Below are positions 8,917 to 20,037 of a stretch of DNA of 64,000 nt, one piece after another. The position numbers were made by a program, and so were the translations under genes. The stretch is taken from assembly GCA_004144175.1 (NCBI GenBank), contig SEFT01000011.1, positions 55,405-119,404 of the forward strand, read 5' to 3'. The first letter of the stretch is position 1, and the number at the start of each line of letters is the position of its first letter. The notes below the pieces were generated by a model. It was not told where the DNA came from. It saw only the letters and a list, made by a program, of their open reading frames with translations, and searched no databases. The DNA is from Sphingobacteriales bacterium. Its GTDB lineage: Bacteria > Bacteroidota > Bacteroidia > Chitinophagales > Chitinophagaceae.

Positions 8917-10341
8917 ATGGCAGAAGTTCTGCACAAAGAAGTAGATGAGACGCGTCAGGGGGAAGCATATGCACCCTTTGCCGCCGACCCTAACCAATAC
9001 AGTAAGAAATTTTATATAGAAAGTTATGGCTGCCAGATGAATTTCAGCGATAGCGAGATCGTTGCCTCCATACTTCAGGAACAAGGATTCGGCGCTACCC
9101 GCAATTTAGAAGAAGCCAACCTGGTGCTGTTGAATACATGTTCTATACGTGAGAAGGCCGAGCAAACAGTACGCAGCCGCCTGCAAACCTTCCGCAAAAT
9201 AAAACAGCAGAACCCTGGTATGCTGGTAGGCGTGCTTGGCTGCATGGCCGAGCGCCTGAAAGCAAAATTTTTGGAAGAAGAAAAGCTGGTAGATATAGTA
9301 GTAGGCCCTGATGCCTATCGCAGCCTGCCCGGCCTTATATCGGAAGCCGAAGGTGGCCAAAAAATGGTGAACGTACTGCTGAGCCGCGAAGAGACCTATG
9401 CCGATATAGCACCTGTACGCCTCGATAGCAATGGCGTGTCTGCATTTGTAAGCATCATGCGCGGCTGCAACAATATGTGCTCTTTCTGTGTGGTGCCATT
9501 TACCCGTGGCCGTGAGCGCAGCCGCGATGCAGTGAGCATCGTAGCCGAGTGCCGCAACCTGTTTGAGAGAGGCTACCGCGAAGTAACCCTGCTGGGGCAA
9601 AACGTGGACAGCTACCATTATATGCCGGAAGGCAGCACCGACCTGGAGCAAAGCGTAACTTTTGCAACGCTGCTGGAAATGGTAGCACTAGTATCGCCTC
9701 TGCTACGCGTAAGGTTCAGCACGTCTCACCCTAAGGATATTACGGATGATGTGCTGTTTACAATGGCTAAGTACGAGAACATCTGCAAATACATACATCT
9801 GCCCGTACAGGCAGGCAATACCCGCATCCTACAGGCCATGAACCGTACCTATACACGGGAGTGGTACCTGGCTAAAGTAAAGCGCATCCGCGAGATAATG
9901 CCCGACTGCGGTATGAGTACGGATGTGATTAGCGGCTTCTGTACCGAGACTGAAGAAGAGCACCAGGACACACTCAGCCTGATGGACCTGTGCCGCTTCG
10001 ATATGGCCTACATGTTCTCCTATAGCGAGCGCCCCGGTACACTGGCTGCCCGCCGCTATACCGACGATGTGCCTGAAGAAGTAAAGAAACGAAGGCTCGA
10101 AGAGATCATATCGCTGCAAAAAAGCCACTCGGCCGAGATATACCTGAATGATATAGGCAAGACCTATAAAGTGTTGATAGAGGCTACCAGCAAACGCAGT
10201 GAACTGAACTGGAGTGGCCGTAACTCGCAAAACAGGATGGTGGTTTTCCCTAAAGGTGACCGTGACCTGAAGAAGGGCGACTATGTAGAAGTGAAGATCA
10301 CTTCGGCTACCTCTGCTACCCTGCGCGGCGAAATGATCTAA
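8917..10341 (+). CDS. miaB: tRNA-2-methylthio-N6-dimethylallyladenosine synthase
   Basis: [19 protein letters not shown], radical-SAM CNNMCSFC and C-terminal TRAM domain. Confidence 0.97.
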   Translation: MAEVLHKEVDETRQGEAYAPFAADPNQYSKKFYIESYGCQMNFSDSEIVASILQEQGFGATRNLEEANLVLLNTCSIREKAEQTVRSRLQTFRKIKQQNPGMLVGVLGCMAERLKAKFLEEEKLVDIVVGPDAYRSLPGLISEAEGGQKMVNVLLSREETYADIAPVRLDSNGVSAFVSIMRGCNNMCSFCVVPFTRGRERSRDAVSIVAECRNLFERGYREVTLLGQNVDSYHYMPEGSTDLEQSVTFATLLEMVALVSPLLRVRFSTSHPKDITDDVLFTMAKYENICKYIHLPVQAGNTRILQAMNRTYTREWYLAKVKRIREIMPDCGMSTDVISGFCTETEEEHQDTLSLMDLCRFDMAYMFSYSERPGTLAARRYTDDVPEEVKKRRLEEIISLQKSHSAEIYLNDIGKTYKVLIEATSKRSELNWSGRNSQNRMVVFPKGDRDLKKGDYVEVKITSATSATLRGEMI

Positions 10342-10385
10342 AACACAACAATACTGCTAACCACATATCCTTTGTAGACGAATTT

Positions 10386-11651
10386 ATGGATGTTCAAAGT
10401 ATAAAAAACAGGTTTGGTATCATAGGTAATTCCCCGGCGCTGAATCATGCACTCAGTACTGCTACACAAGTCGCCAATACAGATCTGTCAGTTTTGATCG
10501 CAGGGGAAAGTGGTGTAGGTAAAGAAGCATTTTCAAATATCATACATGCCTTATCGGCACGTAAGCACAATCCATTCATAGCCGTTAACTGCGGCGCTAT
10601 CCCCGAGGGTACCATCGACAGTGAGCTGTTCGGCCACGAGAAGGGTTCCTTTACGGGCGCAGTAGATAGCCGCAAAGGCTACTTTGAAACCGTGAACGGC
10701 GGCACCATCTTCCTCGATGAGATAGGTGAAATGCCGCTGGGTACACAGGCACGTCTGCTGCGTGTGCTGGAGACCGGGGAGTTCATCCGCGTAGGTTCTT
10801 CTAAAGTGCAGAAGACTGATGTACGTGTGATAGCCGCCACCAACCGCGACCTGCTGGAACATACCCAGAATGGTAAGTTCCGCGAAGACCTGTATTATCG
10901 CCTCAGCACCGTGCCTATACGCGTACCCGCCCTCCGCGACCGTAAAGAAGACATTCCCTTGCTGTTCCGCAAGTTCTCGTCCGACTTTGCCGAGCGTTAT
11001 AAAACACAATCGGTACAGCTGGATGCAGGTGCACAGCAATCGCTGGTAAACTACCCATGGCCCGGTAATGTGCGCGAACTGAAGAATATTGCAGAGCAGA
11101 TATCTGTACTCAGCACCGATAAGAACATAACCTCAGAATCATTCAAGGCATTCATACCCCAGCGCGAAACAAGTCGCAGCCTGGCGCTGATGCCGCCTGC
11201 AACGGCACCATCAGCTGGTCCGCAGAGCAACGAATACACAAGCAATACGGAACGCGACATCCTGTACAAACTCTTCTTCGACCTGAAGAAGGACATGAAC
11301 GAGATGAAGCAGATGCTGTTTGAGCTGGTACATCACCAGGGTGGCTTTACACCACCCCAACCGGTAGCCGAAGCTGCGCTGCTGCCTGCCACATACAATA
11401 ACAACGAAGCACCTGCCGTTATACCACAATCATACAACAATGGTACGCCTATACTCATCCAGCCCAATGACCATCGCGTAGACCATCATGAAGATGTGGA
11501 AGAATCATTGATGCTGGCCGATCGTGAGAAAGAATTTATCGTCAAGGCGTTGAAGAAACATAAAGGCCGCCGTCGCGATGCTGCCAATGAGCTGGGCATA
11601 TCAGAAAGAACACTGTACCGCAAGATAAAAGAATACGACATAGTAGAATAA
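10386..11651 (+). CDS. Sigma-54-interaction AAA+ / Fis-HTH regulator without a receiver domain
   Basis: Walker A GESGVGKE, ESELFGH-like SELFGHEKGSFTGA, FLDEIGE, REDLYYRL, C-terminal AANELGISERTLYRKI. Confidence 0.92.
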   Translation: MDVQSIKNRFGIIGNSPALNHALSTATQVANTDLSVLIAGESGVGKEAFSNIIHALSARKHNPFIAVNCGAIPEGTIDSELFGHEKGSFTGAVDSRKGYFETVNGGTIFLDEIGEMPLGTQARLLRVLETGEFIRVGSSKVQKTDVRVIAATNRDLLEHTQNGKFREDLYYRLSTVPIRVPALRDRKEDIPLLFRKFSSDFAERYKTQSVQLDAGAQQSLVNYPWPGNVRELKNIAEQISVLSTDKNITSESFKAFIPQRETSRSLALMPPATAPSAGPQSNEYTSNTERDILYKLFFDLKKDMNEMKQMLFELVHHQGGFTPPQPVAEAALLPATYNNNEAPAVIPQSYNNGTPILIQPNDHRVDHHEDVEESLMLADREKEFIVKALKKHKGRRRDAANELGISERTLYRKIKEYDIVE

Positions 11652-11663
11652 CAGCAACCATAC

Positions 11664-12161
11664 ATGCGAAAGCTATTCTTCCTGATACCAATACTGCTGA
11701 TAAGCCTGTATGGTTGTGGCCTGTACAGCTTTACAGGTGCCAGCATACAGGGTAAGACCATCAATATACATACGCTGGAAAACCGCGCGCGTAACGTAGT
11801 GCCCACCCTCAGCCCTACCCTTACCAGCAAGGTCCGTAATCGTATATTGTCACAAACAGGCCTTTCGCCTGTAAATACAACCACTGCCGATTATGACATA
11901 ACCGGCGTTATTACCACCTACGAGGTAACCGTAACCGCACTGCAAGGCAACCAAAGTGCTACGCAGAACAGGCTTACCATATCGGTAGCTATAACCTTTA
12001 AGAACCGCCTTGACGAAAAAGCGGATTTTACACAAACTTTTACCCGTTTTGCAGATTTCCCCGCCAGTAGTACCTTGCAGAGCCAGGAGAGCAGATTGAT
12101 AGAGAGTATAGGAAATGAGCTTGCCGACGATATTTTCAATAAAGCATTTGTAAATTGGTAA
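11664..12161 (+). CDS. lptE: LPS assembly lipoprotein LptE-family protein
   Basis: Lipobox LYGC, YSFTGASI, NRLTISV, LADDIFNKAFVNW; conserved Bacteroidota position. Confidence 0.85.
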   Translation: MRKLFFLIPILLISLYGCGLYSFTGASIQGKTINIHTLENRARNVVPTLSPTLTSKVRNRILSQTGLSPVNTTTADYDITGVITTYEVTVTALQGNQSATQNRLTISVAITFKNRLDEKADFTQTFTRFADFPASSTLQSQESRLIESIGNELADDIFNKAFVNW

Positions 12162-12173
12162 TGATTTAGGGCT

Positions 12174-13391
12174 ATGAGTACATCCCCGCTTACAATAAGG
12201 CAGATAACACAGTTATTAGAGTCGCCCGAGCTGATCGCAGCAGTCGACAAGGCGAATATTGCCCAGCTTAATGAGCAGTATCCGTATTTCGGTGTTGGGC
12301 GCTATATGCAGGCTGCACGCAGGCATATGGGCAAGCCTTTCTCGCCCGATATGATGACCGGGATGCAGCTATACAGGGGCAACTGGATATTTTTCCATCA
12401 ATTCCTCAACCAGTCTGCCAAAGGCGTACAGACCTATGCTGCTTACAATAAAGACCTATACGAGTCGACCACTACCGACGAGTTTAGCGCAGCGGTAATA
12501 GCGGCTGCGCCTGTTAGCAGGCCTGAGGAAGGATATATCCCGGAAGCTGTAACAGAAGAGTCGGAAGTAACAACTCCGACACCACAAGCTGTGGAGGAAA
12601 AACCGGATGTAGATGAAGAAGTATACGACGATGAAGCCCCAATCGAAATGCTGGACGTAGAAGCGCAGATAGAGGCATCGGCACAGCAGCACGAACACGC
12701 GCAGCAAGAACCGGAAGATAATGCTGATCGTACCTATACAGCTGAATCAGACGTGATGGGAGAAGGACTACAACAACCAACACAGCAGGAAGTAGAGAAA
12801 GAAGATAAACATAACCACCACAGCCATGTGGCCGAAACAATAGCGGCAGCTAAAGATGATAATGGCCGCTACAACCAGGACGATACCAATCTAGTACCGC
12901 CTGTATATGTGGAAGACTACTTTCGCCATGAAGGCGTACAGGTGCCCAATGATATACCGGATAGCCTGCGTCCTGCAACTGCCATACCGTTCTTCCACGA
13001 CGATAATGTGGATGAAGACAAATCGCTGATCGTAGTAAGAGGCTTCTCTGAATGGTTGATGCACCTGAAACGCAAACAGGAAAACGAGCTATCGGAAGAA
13101 GAAGATAAGAAAGCCTTAAAGGCTATGTGGCAAAAAGAAAAGCTGGCTGCTGCCATGGAAGAAGATGAAGAAGACGAAGAAATACCGGAAAACGTCTTTG
13201 AAATGGCCGTAAATTCTATTACCCAGGAGGAAGGACTCATCAGCGATTCATTGGCAGAAGTACTTGAAAAACAAGGCAAACATGATAAAGCAATTGATAT
13301 GTATCGTAAACTAAGTTTGCGTAATCCTCAAAAAAATGCTTATTTTGCCGACAAAATCGAGAAGATTCTCAAACAACAAAAAGGAACATGA
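12174..13391 (+). CDS. Conserved hypothetical protein with acidic linker and C-terminal TPR-like helix pair
   Basis: ISDSLAEVLEKQGKHDKAIDMYRKLSLRNPQKNAYFA C-terminus; lies between lptE and secG. Confidence 0.8.
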   Translation: MSTSPLTIRQITQLLESPELIAAVDKANIAQLNEQYPYFGVGRYMQAARRHMGKPFSPDMMTGMQLYRGNWIFFHQFLNQSAKGVQTYAAYNKDLYESTTTDEFSAAVIAAAPVSRPEEGYIPEAVTEESEVTTPTPQAVEEKPDVDEEVYDDEAPIEMLDVEAQIEASAQQHEHAQQEPEDNADRTYTAESDVMGEGLQQPTQQEVEKEDKHNHHSHVAETIAAAKDDNGRYNQDDTNLVPPVYVEDYFRHEGVQVPNDIPDSLRPATAIPFFHDDNVDEDKSLIVVRGFSEWLMHLKRKQENELSEEEDKKALKAMWQKEKLAAAMEEDEEDEEIPENVFEMAVNSITQEEGLISDSLAEVLEKQGKHDKAIDMYRKLSLRNPQKNAYFADKIEKILKQQKGT

Positions 13392-13723
13392 TCTCAATAG
13401 TTACTATACTTATCTTATTGGCCTGTGTAGTTTTGGCATTCATCGTATTGATACAAAACCCTAAAGGTGGTGGCCTTAGCGGCTCGTTTGGCAATCTTGG
13501 CTCGCAAGTAATGGGCGTAAAGCAATCGACCGACATTATGGAAAAAAGTACCTGGACCGTTATGGGTATCATTGGTGCGCTTTGCATCATTGCCGTAATG
13601 TTCTACGAAACGCCTAAAGCACTGAATAACAGGCAGCAAGGCGGTGCAGCACCGGCACAGCAACAGCAGCAAGCTCCGGCAACCGGCGGCCAGCAGCAAC
13701 AGCAGGCTCCAGCCAATCAATAA
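13388..13723 (+). CDS. secG: Preprotein translocase subunit SecG with Gln-rich tail
   Basis: VLIQNPKGGGLSGSFG, GVKQSTDIMEKSTW; ATGA overlap with the upstream gene. Confidence 0.95.
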   Translation: MISIVTILILLACVVLAFIVLIQNPKGGGLSGSFGNLGSQVMGVKQSTDIMEKSTWTVMGIIGALCIIAVMFYETPKALNNRQQGGAAPAQQQQQAPATGGQQQQQAPANQ

Positions 13724-13751
13724 CAACAACTAAATATTTTTTTAAATAACG

Positions 13752-13787
13752 TACCTACTCTGTAATATTGAGTAGGTATTTTATTTT
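13752..13787 (+). terminator. Intrinsic terminator after secG
   Basis: TACCTACTC-9nt-GAGTAGGTA followed by a T-rich run. Confidence 0.7.
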
Positions 13788-13794
13788 AAGGCTA

Positions 13795-14844
13795 ATGAGC
13801 TATACAGAGCAGGGCAAAAAGAAGTCAGGACTAGGGAAGATATTATTGTGGGTTTTAATTATCGGGTTATTAGTAGGCGCCTTTGCAGCATATAAGATCA
13901 TTGGCCCTAATACAGGTAACCTATCGAAAGGACAATACCTCTACATACGCACAGGTTCCACTTACGAGGATGTAAAGAAAGAACTGGAAGAAGGCGGCTA
14001 TGTAGGCGATATGTGGTCGTTCAACCTATTGGCAGAGCAGGCAGACTACCCTACTAAAGTAAAAGCAGGTAAATACCGCATCAACCGGGGCATGAGCAAC
14101 TACGACATGGTGCGTATGCTGCGCAATGGCAGGCAGGAACCCGTAAAGCTGGTAATAAACAAGCTACGTACCAAGGATGAACTTGTGACCTTTATAGGCA
14201 CCCGCCTGGAAGCAGATTCCAATGCACTTCGCTCAATGCTCAGTGACTCTTCATACCTGTCAGAGTTCGGGCTCAACAGCAATACAGCTATGTGCGCATT
14301 CATCCCGGATACCTATGAATTTTTCTGGAACACCAATGCAGATAAGACTTTCCGAAAGCTCTATAAGTACTACCAGGATTTCTGGACGGAGGACCGCAAA
14401 CAGAAAGCCAAAGCACAGGGCTTAACCGAGCAACAGGCTATTGTAGTGGCATCCATAGTGGATGAGGAAACCAACAAGAACGATGAGAAAGGCAATGTTG
14501 CCAGCGTATACCTCAACCGCAACAAGAAAGGGATGCGCCTGCAGGCTGACCCTACGGTGAAGTATGCAGTAGGTGACTTTACCATCAGACGCATCACGGG
14601 CGTACACCTGCAAACCAATTCGCCTTACAATACATACCTGTATGCAGGCTTGCCTCCCGGACCTATATGCACACCATCTAAAAAGAGCATAGATGCCGTA
14701 TTGAACGCACCAGCCACAGACTATATATTTTTCTGCGCTAAAGAGGATTTCAGTGGCTACCATCGCTTTGCTTCTAACTACGAAGAACATCAGAAGAATG
14801 CACGCCTCTACCAGCAAGCACTAAACTCGAGGGGTATATACTAG
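13795..14844 (+). CDS. mltG: Endolytic transglycosylase MltG
   Basis: N-terminal TM, ASIVDEET, LQADPTVKYA, SPYNTYLYAGLPPGPI motifs. Confidence 0.95.
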   Translation: MSYTEQGKKKSGLGKILLWVLIIGLLVGAFAAYKIIGPNTGNLSKGQYLYIRTGSTYEDVKKELEEGGYVGDMWSFNLLAEQADYPTKVKAGKYRINRGMSNYDMVRMLRNGRQEPVKLVINKLRTKDELVTFIGTRLEADSNALRSMLSDSSYLSEFGLNSNTAMCAFIPDTYEFFWNTNADKTFRKLYKYYQDFWTEDRKQKAKAQGLTEQQAIVVASIVDEETNKNDEKGNVASVYLNRNKKGMRLQADPTVKYAVGDFTIRRITGVHLQTNSPYNTYLYAGLPPGPICTPSKKSIDAVLNAPATDYIFFCAKEDFSGYHRFASNYEEHQKNARLYQQALNSRGIY

Positions 14845-14894
14845 CGCTGGTTCTGGCATTAATTTTAAGCAAATAAGCGTATAAGCGCGTCCCG

Positions 14895-15536
14895 ATGCAC
14901 ATAGAAGAACTGATACTAAAGACGAATTCATTGCAACGCACCCGGCTGTTTTATCATAAAACACTGGAGTTGGAAATACTTAAGGAAACTGACGAAGCTA
15001 TATCGTTCAAAGCGGGTAAAACTAAACTGACTTTTGAGCAGGTAACCGATGGAAAGCCATTCTATCATATCGCTTTCAACATTGTAAATAATAAGTTCTC
15101 AGATAGCTTCGAATGGATAAACAATAAGCTGGATATACTGCCTGTATCGGACGATATGCTGATTGCCGGCTACGATAACTGGAATGCGCAATCGTTCTAT
15201 TTCTACGATAATAACGGCAGCATCCTCGAGTTCATCACGCGTTTCGATCTGCCTTATCATTCAGATGAACCGTTTTCGCCCGACTGCATTATGGAAGTGA
15301 GCGAGGTAGGCCTTGTAACAGATGATATACAAGATCTGGCCGAAGAACTGAAGGTGGATTACGGCATCCCCCACTTTAAGAAAAATCCACCGCAACACGA
15401 CTTTATCGTAATGGGTGATGACTATGGCCTGCTGATACTCGTAAGGCCCAAACATGGCTGGGTGCCAACGCAACGCCCCGCACAAAAGTGTCCGGTAACG
15501 ATCATCAGCGACGATCAAAGAATAGAAGTAAAGTAA
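14895..15536 (+). CDS. VOC/glyoxalase-family protein
   Basis: Paired beta-alpha-beta-beta-beta repeats; YHIAFNI, SFYFYDNNGSILEFI. Confidence 0.85.
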   Translation: MHIEELILKTNSLQRTRLFYHKTLELEILKETDEAISFKAGKTKLTFEQVTDGKPFYHIAFNIVNNKFSDSFEWINNKLDILPVSDDMLIAGYDNWNAQSFYFYDNNGSILEFITRFDLPYHSDEPFSPDCIMEVSEVGLVTDDIQDLAEELKVDYGIPHFKKNPPQHDFIVMGDDYGLLILVRPKHGWVPTQRPAQKCPVTIISDDQRIEVK

Positions 15537-15566
15537 AAGTCCGGCAATGCCGGACTTTTACTTTAC
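15528..15566. terminator. Bidirectional intrinsic terminator
   Basis: GTAAAGTAAAAGTCCGGC-aat-GCCGGACTTTTACTTTAC. Confidence 0.9.
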
Positions 15567-15567
15567 G

Positions 15568-16461
15568 CTAGTGCTGGTACGCAGCCTCAAATTCCTTAGC
15601 AAAGTCACTGAGTTTCACGGTTCCTGTTTGCCCGTTGCTTGTAGCAAAGTAGTGCTCAGCCATCCTGCCCTCGCGCATTGATCTGCCCATCTCTACATAC
15701 TTCTCTGCAATTACAGCCGGTAAGCCCGCCTTCAACATGCCTTGCAATGACTGCTCATCTTCAAACACGATCCATTTCAGTCCTTCTTTACCCGACGCGC
15801 TACCCAGCACCGTAGCAATATCATCAGATGTAGGTTCGTCGCTTACAATGTAGCGGTGGCTCTTGCCCGTAAAGTCTAGTTTCAGCATCGCCTCAGCAGC
15901 TATTCTAGCTATGTCTTGCGTATGTACCATCGGTATCTTCTGACCCGGCAAACCGAAGTTGCCGCCCACGATGCCCATGTGTTTTATCATGTCGATATTG
16001 GCAAACAGGTTATAGAAGAAATAGGCTGGTCTCAAATGCAAAACATTCACGCCGTCCAGTTCATCCAGTGCCTGTTCTACCCGATGCAAGCCACTTACCG
16101 GGCCTACACCTTCGGGCAAGTGTGCGCCGATGCTGCTTAGGTTTACCACATGTTTTACGCCAGCTGCTACTATTGCTTGCTTGTAGTTCTGCCCTACGCC
16201 GGCTATAAAGTCCAGCCAGTCGCCTGTAACCGCAAAGTTGGGCGGCACCATGGTGTACACTGCATCTGCACCTTTAAAGGTTTCGGTCAGGAACTGTACA
16301 TCTTCTACACTACCAATTGCAGCCTTTGCGCCGATCGATGTCAGCGGCTCCAGGTTCTTTTCATTTCTACCAATGATAGTCACTTCATGCCCCGCATTGA
16401 TCAGTTGTTGTGCCAGTGGCTTCGAAATGTGGCCTGCGCCACCTGTAATTACGTACTTCAT
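15568..16461 (-). CDS. NmrA-like NAD(P)H-binding protein
   Basis: MKYVITGGAGHISKP Rossmann start; VNLSSIGA; LRPAYFFYN. Confidence 0.9.
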   Translation of the reverse strand: MKYVITGGAGHISKPLAQQLINAGHEVTIIGRNEKNLEPLTSIGAKAAIGSVEDVQFLTETFKGADAVYTMVPPNFAVTGDWLDFIAGVGQNYKQAIVAAGVKHVVNLSSIGAHLPEGVGPVSGLHRVEQALDELDGVNVLHLRPAYFFYNLFANIDMIKHMGIVGGNFGLPGQKIPMVHTQDIARIAAEAMLKLDFTGKSHRYIVSDEPTSDDIATVLGSASGKEGLKWIVFEDEQSLQGMLKAGLPAVIAEKYVEMGRSMREGRMAEHYFATSNGQTGTVKLSDFAKEFEAAYQH

Positions 16462-16529
16462 TTGTTTGCTTTTGTTTAGTTTAAGTTCAGTTATTATTGT
16501 ATATACAAATATAAAGGTCAAAAAAAATG

Positions 16530-16958
16530 CTACTCGTTTAGGCGGTCATGTACAGACACGATATTCTTTACCAGTTCCATTGATGGCTCATGTCCCAGTT
16601 CTTGTGCATAGCTCATGTGGAATGACTTGATACAAGACTCCATCTTTGGCACCAGGCCCTTTGCCTTGGCAGTTGGATATGCATGTATCATCTTTCCCTC
16701 TGTCTGCCTAATGATCAATTTTTCTTTTTCCAGTCTGTCCATGAGCCTCGTGATTGTAGATGGTGCCAGCATCAGTTGTTCGGTTATGACCGATGGCTGC
16801 GTCCCGGGATTATCTATAACATATAGCAACAAGTAGGCATGGCTCGGCGGCAACCCTACAGGCTCCCATGCCTTTATGGCAAGCCGTTCCATCTTCCGCG
16901 CCAATGCGTTGGACGCGAAATACAAACAACCGCTATACCTGCTCTCTGCCGCTTTCAT
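16530..16958 (-). CDS. MarR-family transcriptional regulator
   Basis: CLYFASNALARK, LAPSTITRLMDRLE winged HTH. Confidence 0.9.
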   Translation of the reverse strand: MKAAESRYSGCLYFASNALARKMERLAIKAWEPVGLPPSHAYLLLYVIDNPGTQPSVITEQLMLAPSTITRLMDRLEKEKLIIRQTEGKMIHAYPTAKAKGLVPKMESCIKSFHMSYAQELGHEPSMELVKNIVSVHDRLNE

Positions 16959-17060
16959 GATACAAATGTACAAAGCATACTTGCATATACAAATAAGATT
17001 TGCCGATAATCATTTTGCAAAAAACTATAACTACCGAATTAAGATTGAATATGGCTTTAG

Positions 17061-17471
17061 TTATTCTCCGCGTTCACTTGTAGACAGCGTATACTCCTTC
17101 TCCTTCCGGCTGTCATTCTTAAAATAAACGACGTAGTAGAATACCAGCAACAGCAATCCTGTAATAAATATACCTGCTGCAAAATGCCGGGTCTCTGTAT
17201 CATAGAACTCCCCTATCATCCATATAGAGTTGGCAATGATCCAGCAGCATACGGCTATGTTATGGAACAGTTCTGAGCGTACTGTCCTCGACTTCCAGGT
17301 GATATAGAAGGCTACGGCTACTGTCGGCACTACCATGACCATCCCTCCCGTCTCCCACTCCATGGCCCAGCAGGTATCTTTTACCAGCCAGAGGAGTATA
17401 TGCGCGTTTTCTATCCACCGGTAGGTGGCCGATACATGTATGGTTTGTTTGGTGGCAGGCTGGTTGTTCAT
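17061..17471 (-). CDS. Conserved four-TM hypothetical membrane protein
   Basis: ENAHILLWLVKDTCW and NIAVCCWIIANSIWMIGEF repeat-like halves. Confidence 0.75.
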   Translation of the reverse strand: MNNQPATKQTIHVSATYRWIENAHILLWLVKDTCWAMEWETGGMVMVVPTVAVAFYITWKSRTVRSELFHNIAVCCWIIANSIWMIGEFYDTETRHFAAGIFITGLLLLVFYYVVYFKNDSRKEKEYTLSTSERGE

Positions 17472-17481
17472 ATAATTCTAA

Positions 17482-18654
<1,173 letters not shown>

Positions 18655-18669
18655 GTAACCACATAACAG

Positions 18670-18702
18670 GAAACGCTGCCCACGGGTAGCGTTTCTGCTT
18701 TT
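18670..18702 (+). terminator. Intrinsic terminator between gap and pgk
   Basis: GAAACGCTGCC-cacg-GGTAGCGTTTC then TGCTTTT. Confidence 0.7.
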
Positions 18703-18706
18703 AATA

Positions 18707-18714
18707 TAACTTTG
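18707..18714 (+). promoter_or_regulatory. -7 promoter element directly before pgk
   Basis: TAACTTTG only 4 nt before the ATG. Confidence 0.55.
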
Positions 18715-18718
18715 AACT

Positions 18719-19930
18719 ATGAGCAAATTCAGCAACTATAATTTCAGCGGCAAGAAAGCCCTGATGCGCGTTGACTTTAACGTGCCTATAAAAGACGGTA
18801 AGATAACCGACGATACGCGTATACGCGCTGCCCTGCCTACTATTAAGAAAGTATTAGCCGATGGCGGTAGTGTAATACTGATGAGCCACTTTGGCCGTCC
18901 GCATAAGGATATGGAGAAAAAGCCGCACCTGACGCTGGCCGATTTTTCATTGAAGCCACTGGTTGCACACCTGAGCGGCTTGCTAGATACTGATGTACAG
19001 TTTGCAGATGACAGCATCAGTGAGGACGCTATAAATAAAGCTGCTGCCCTGCAACCTGGCCAAGTACTGCTGCTCGAAAACCTGCGCTACTATAAGCAAG
19101 AGGAAAAAGGCGACAAAGAATTTGCCGAAAAGCTATCGAAGCTGGGCGACGTATACGTGAATGACGCATTTGGCACAGCCCACCGTGCACATGCTTCTAC
19201 AGCTGTTATTGCGCAGTTCTTCTCTTCAGACAGCCGCATGTTCGGCCTTTTGATGGAAGGTGAAGTAGCTGCTGCTGAGCAGGTAATGAACAATGCACAG
19301 AAGCCTTTCACAGCCATCATAGGCGGCGCCAAAGTGTCTGACAAAATCATGATCATCGAGAACCTGCTCGATAGGGCTACTGATATCATTATCGGTGGCG
19401 GTATGGCTTATACCTTCTTCAAAGCGCAGGGATGCCACATAGGCAATTCGCTGTGTGAAGACGACCGCCTGGATACAGCAAAGGAACTGCTGAAAAAAGC
19501 AGAGGAGAAAGGCGTATGCATACATCTGCCAACAGACAGCATCATTGCTGATAAGTTTGATGCTGCTGCCAATACATCATCGGCTAACAACAGCGAAATA
19601 CCGGAAGGCTGGATGGGGCTAGACATCGGCCAGACGGCCTGCGGTCACTTCACTAAAGTGATCAAAGACTCTAAGACCATCCTCTGGAACGGTCCTATGG
19701 GTGTGTTCGAGATGGAGAAGTTTCAGCACGGCACTAAAGCAATAGCCGATGCAGTTGCCGAAGCTACTGCCGATGGCGCCTTTAGCCTGGTAGGCGGCGG
19801 TGACAGTGTTGCTGCGGTCAACAAGTTTGGCTACACCGACAAGGTAAGCTACGTATCTACAGGTGGTGGAGCCATGCTCGAATTCTTTGAGGGCAAAGAG
19901 CTACCGGGTATTGCTGCGATCAATAACTAA
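18719..19930 (+). CDS. pgk: Phosphoglycerate kinase
   Basis: [38 protein letters not shown]. Confidence 0.98.
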   Translation: MSKFSNYNFSGKKALMRVDFNVPIKDGKITDDTRIRAALPTIKKVLADGGSVILMSHFGRPHKDMEKKPHLTLADFSLKPLVAHLSGLLDTDVQFADDSISEDAINKAAALQPGQVLLLENLRYYKQEEKGDKEFAEKLSKLGDVYVNDAFGTAHRAHASTAVIAQFFSSDSRMFGLLMEGEVAAAEQVMNNAQKPFTAIIGGAKVSDKIMIIENLLDRATDIIIGGGMAYTFFKAQGCHIGNSLCEDDRLDTAKELLKKAEEKGVCIHLPTDSIIADKFDAAANTSSANNSEIPEGWMGLDIGQTACGHFTKVIKDSKTILWNGPMGVFEMEKFQHGTKAIADAVAEATADGAFSLVGGGDSVAAVNKFGYTDKVSYVSTGGGAMLEFFEGKELPGIAAINN

Positions 19931-19944
19931 ATCGAATACCTCAT

Positions 19945-19988
19945 AAATAAATAAAGCCGACTCCTCGCGAAGTCGGCTTTATTTATTT
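19945..19988. terminator. Bidirectional intrinsic terminator
   Basis: AAATAAATAAAGCCGACT-8nt-AGTCGGCTTTATTTATTT. Confidence 0.9.
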
Positions 19989-20037
19989 TAGTAGTAACAA
20001 TGGAATTGAAGTACAATACAAGCTGCTATGCCTACCC

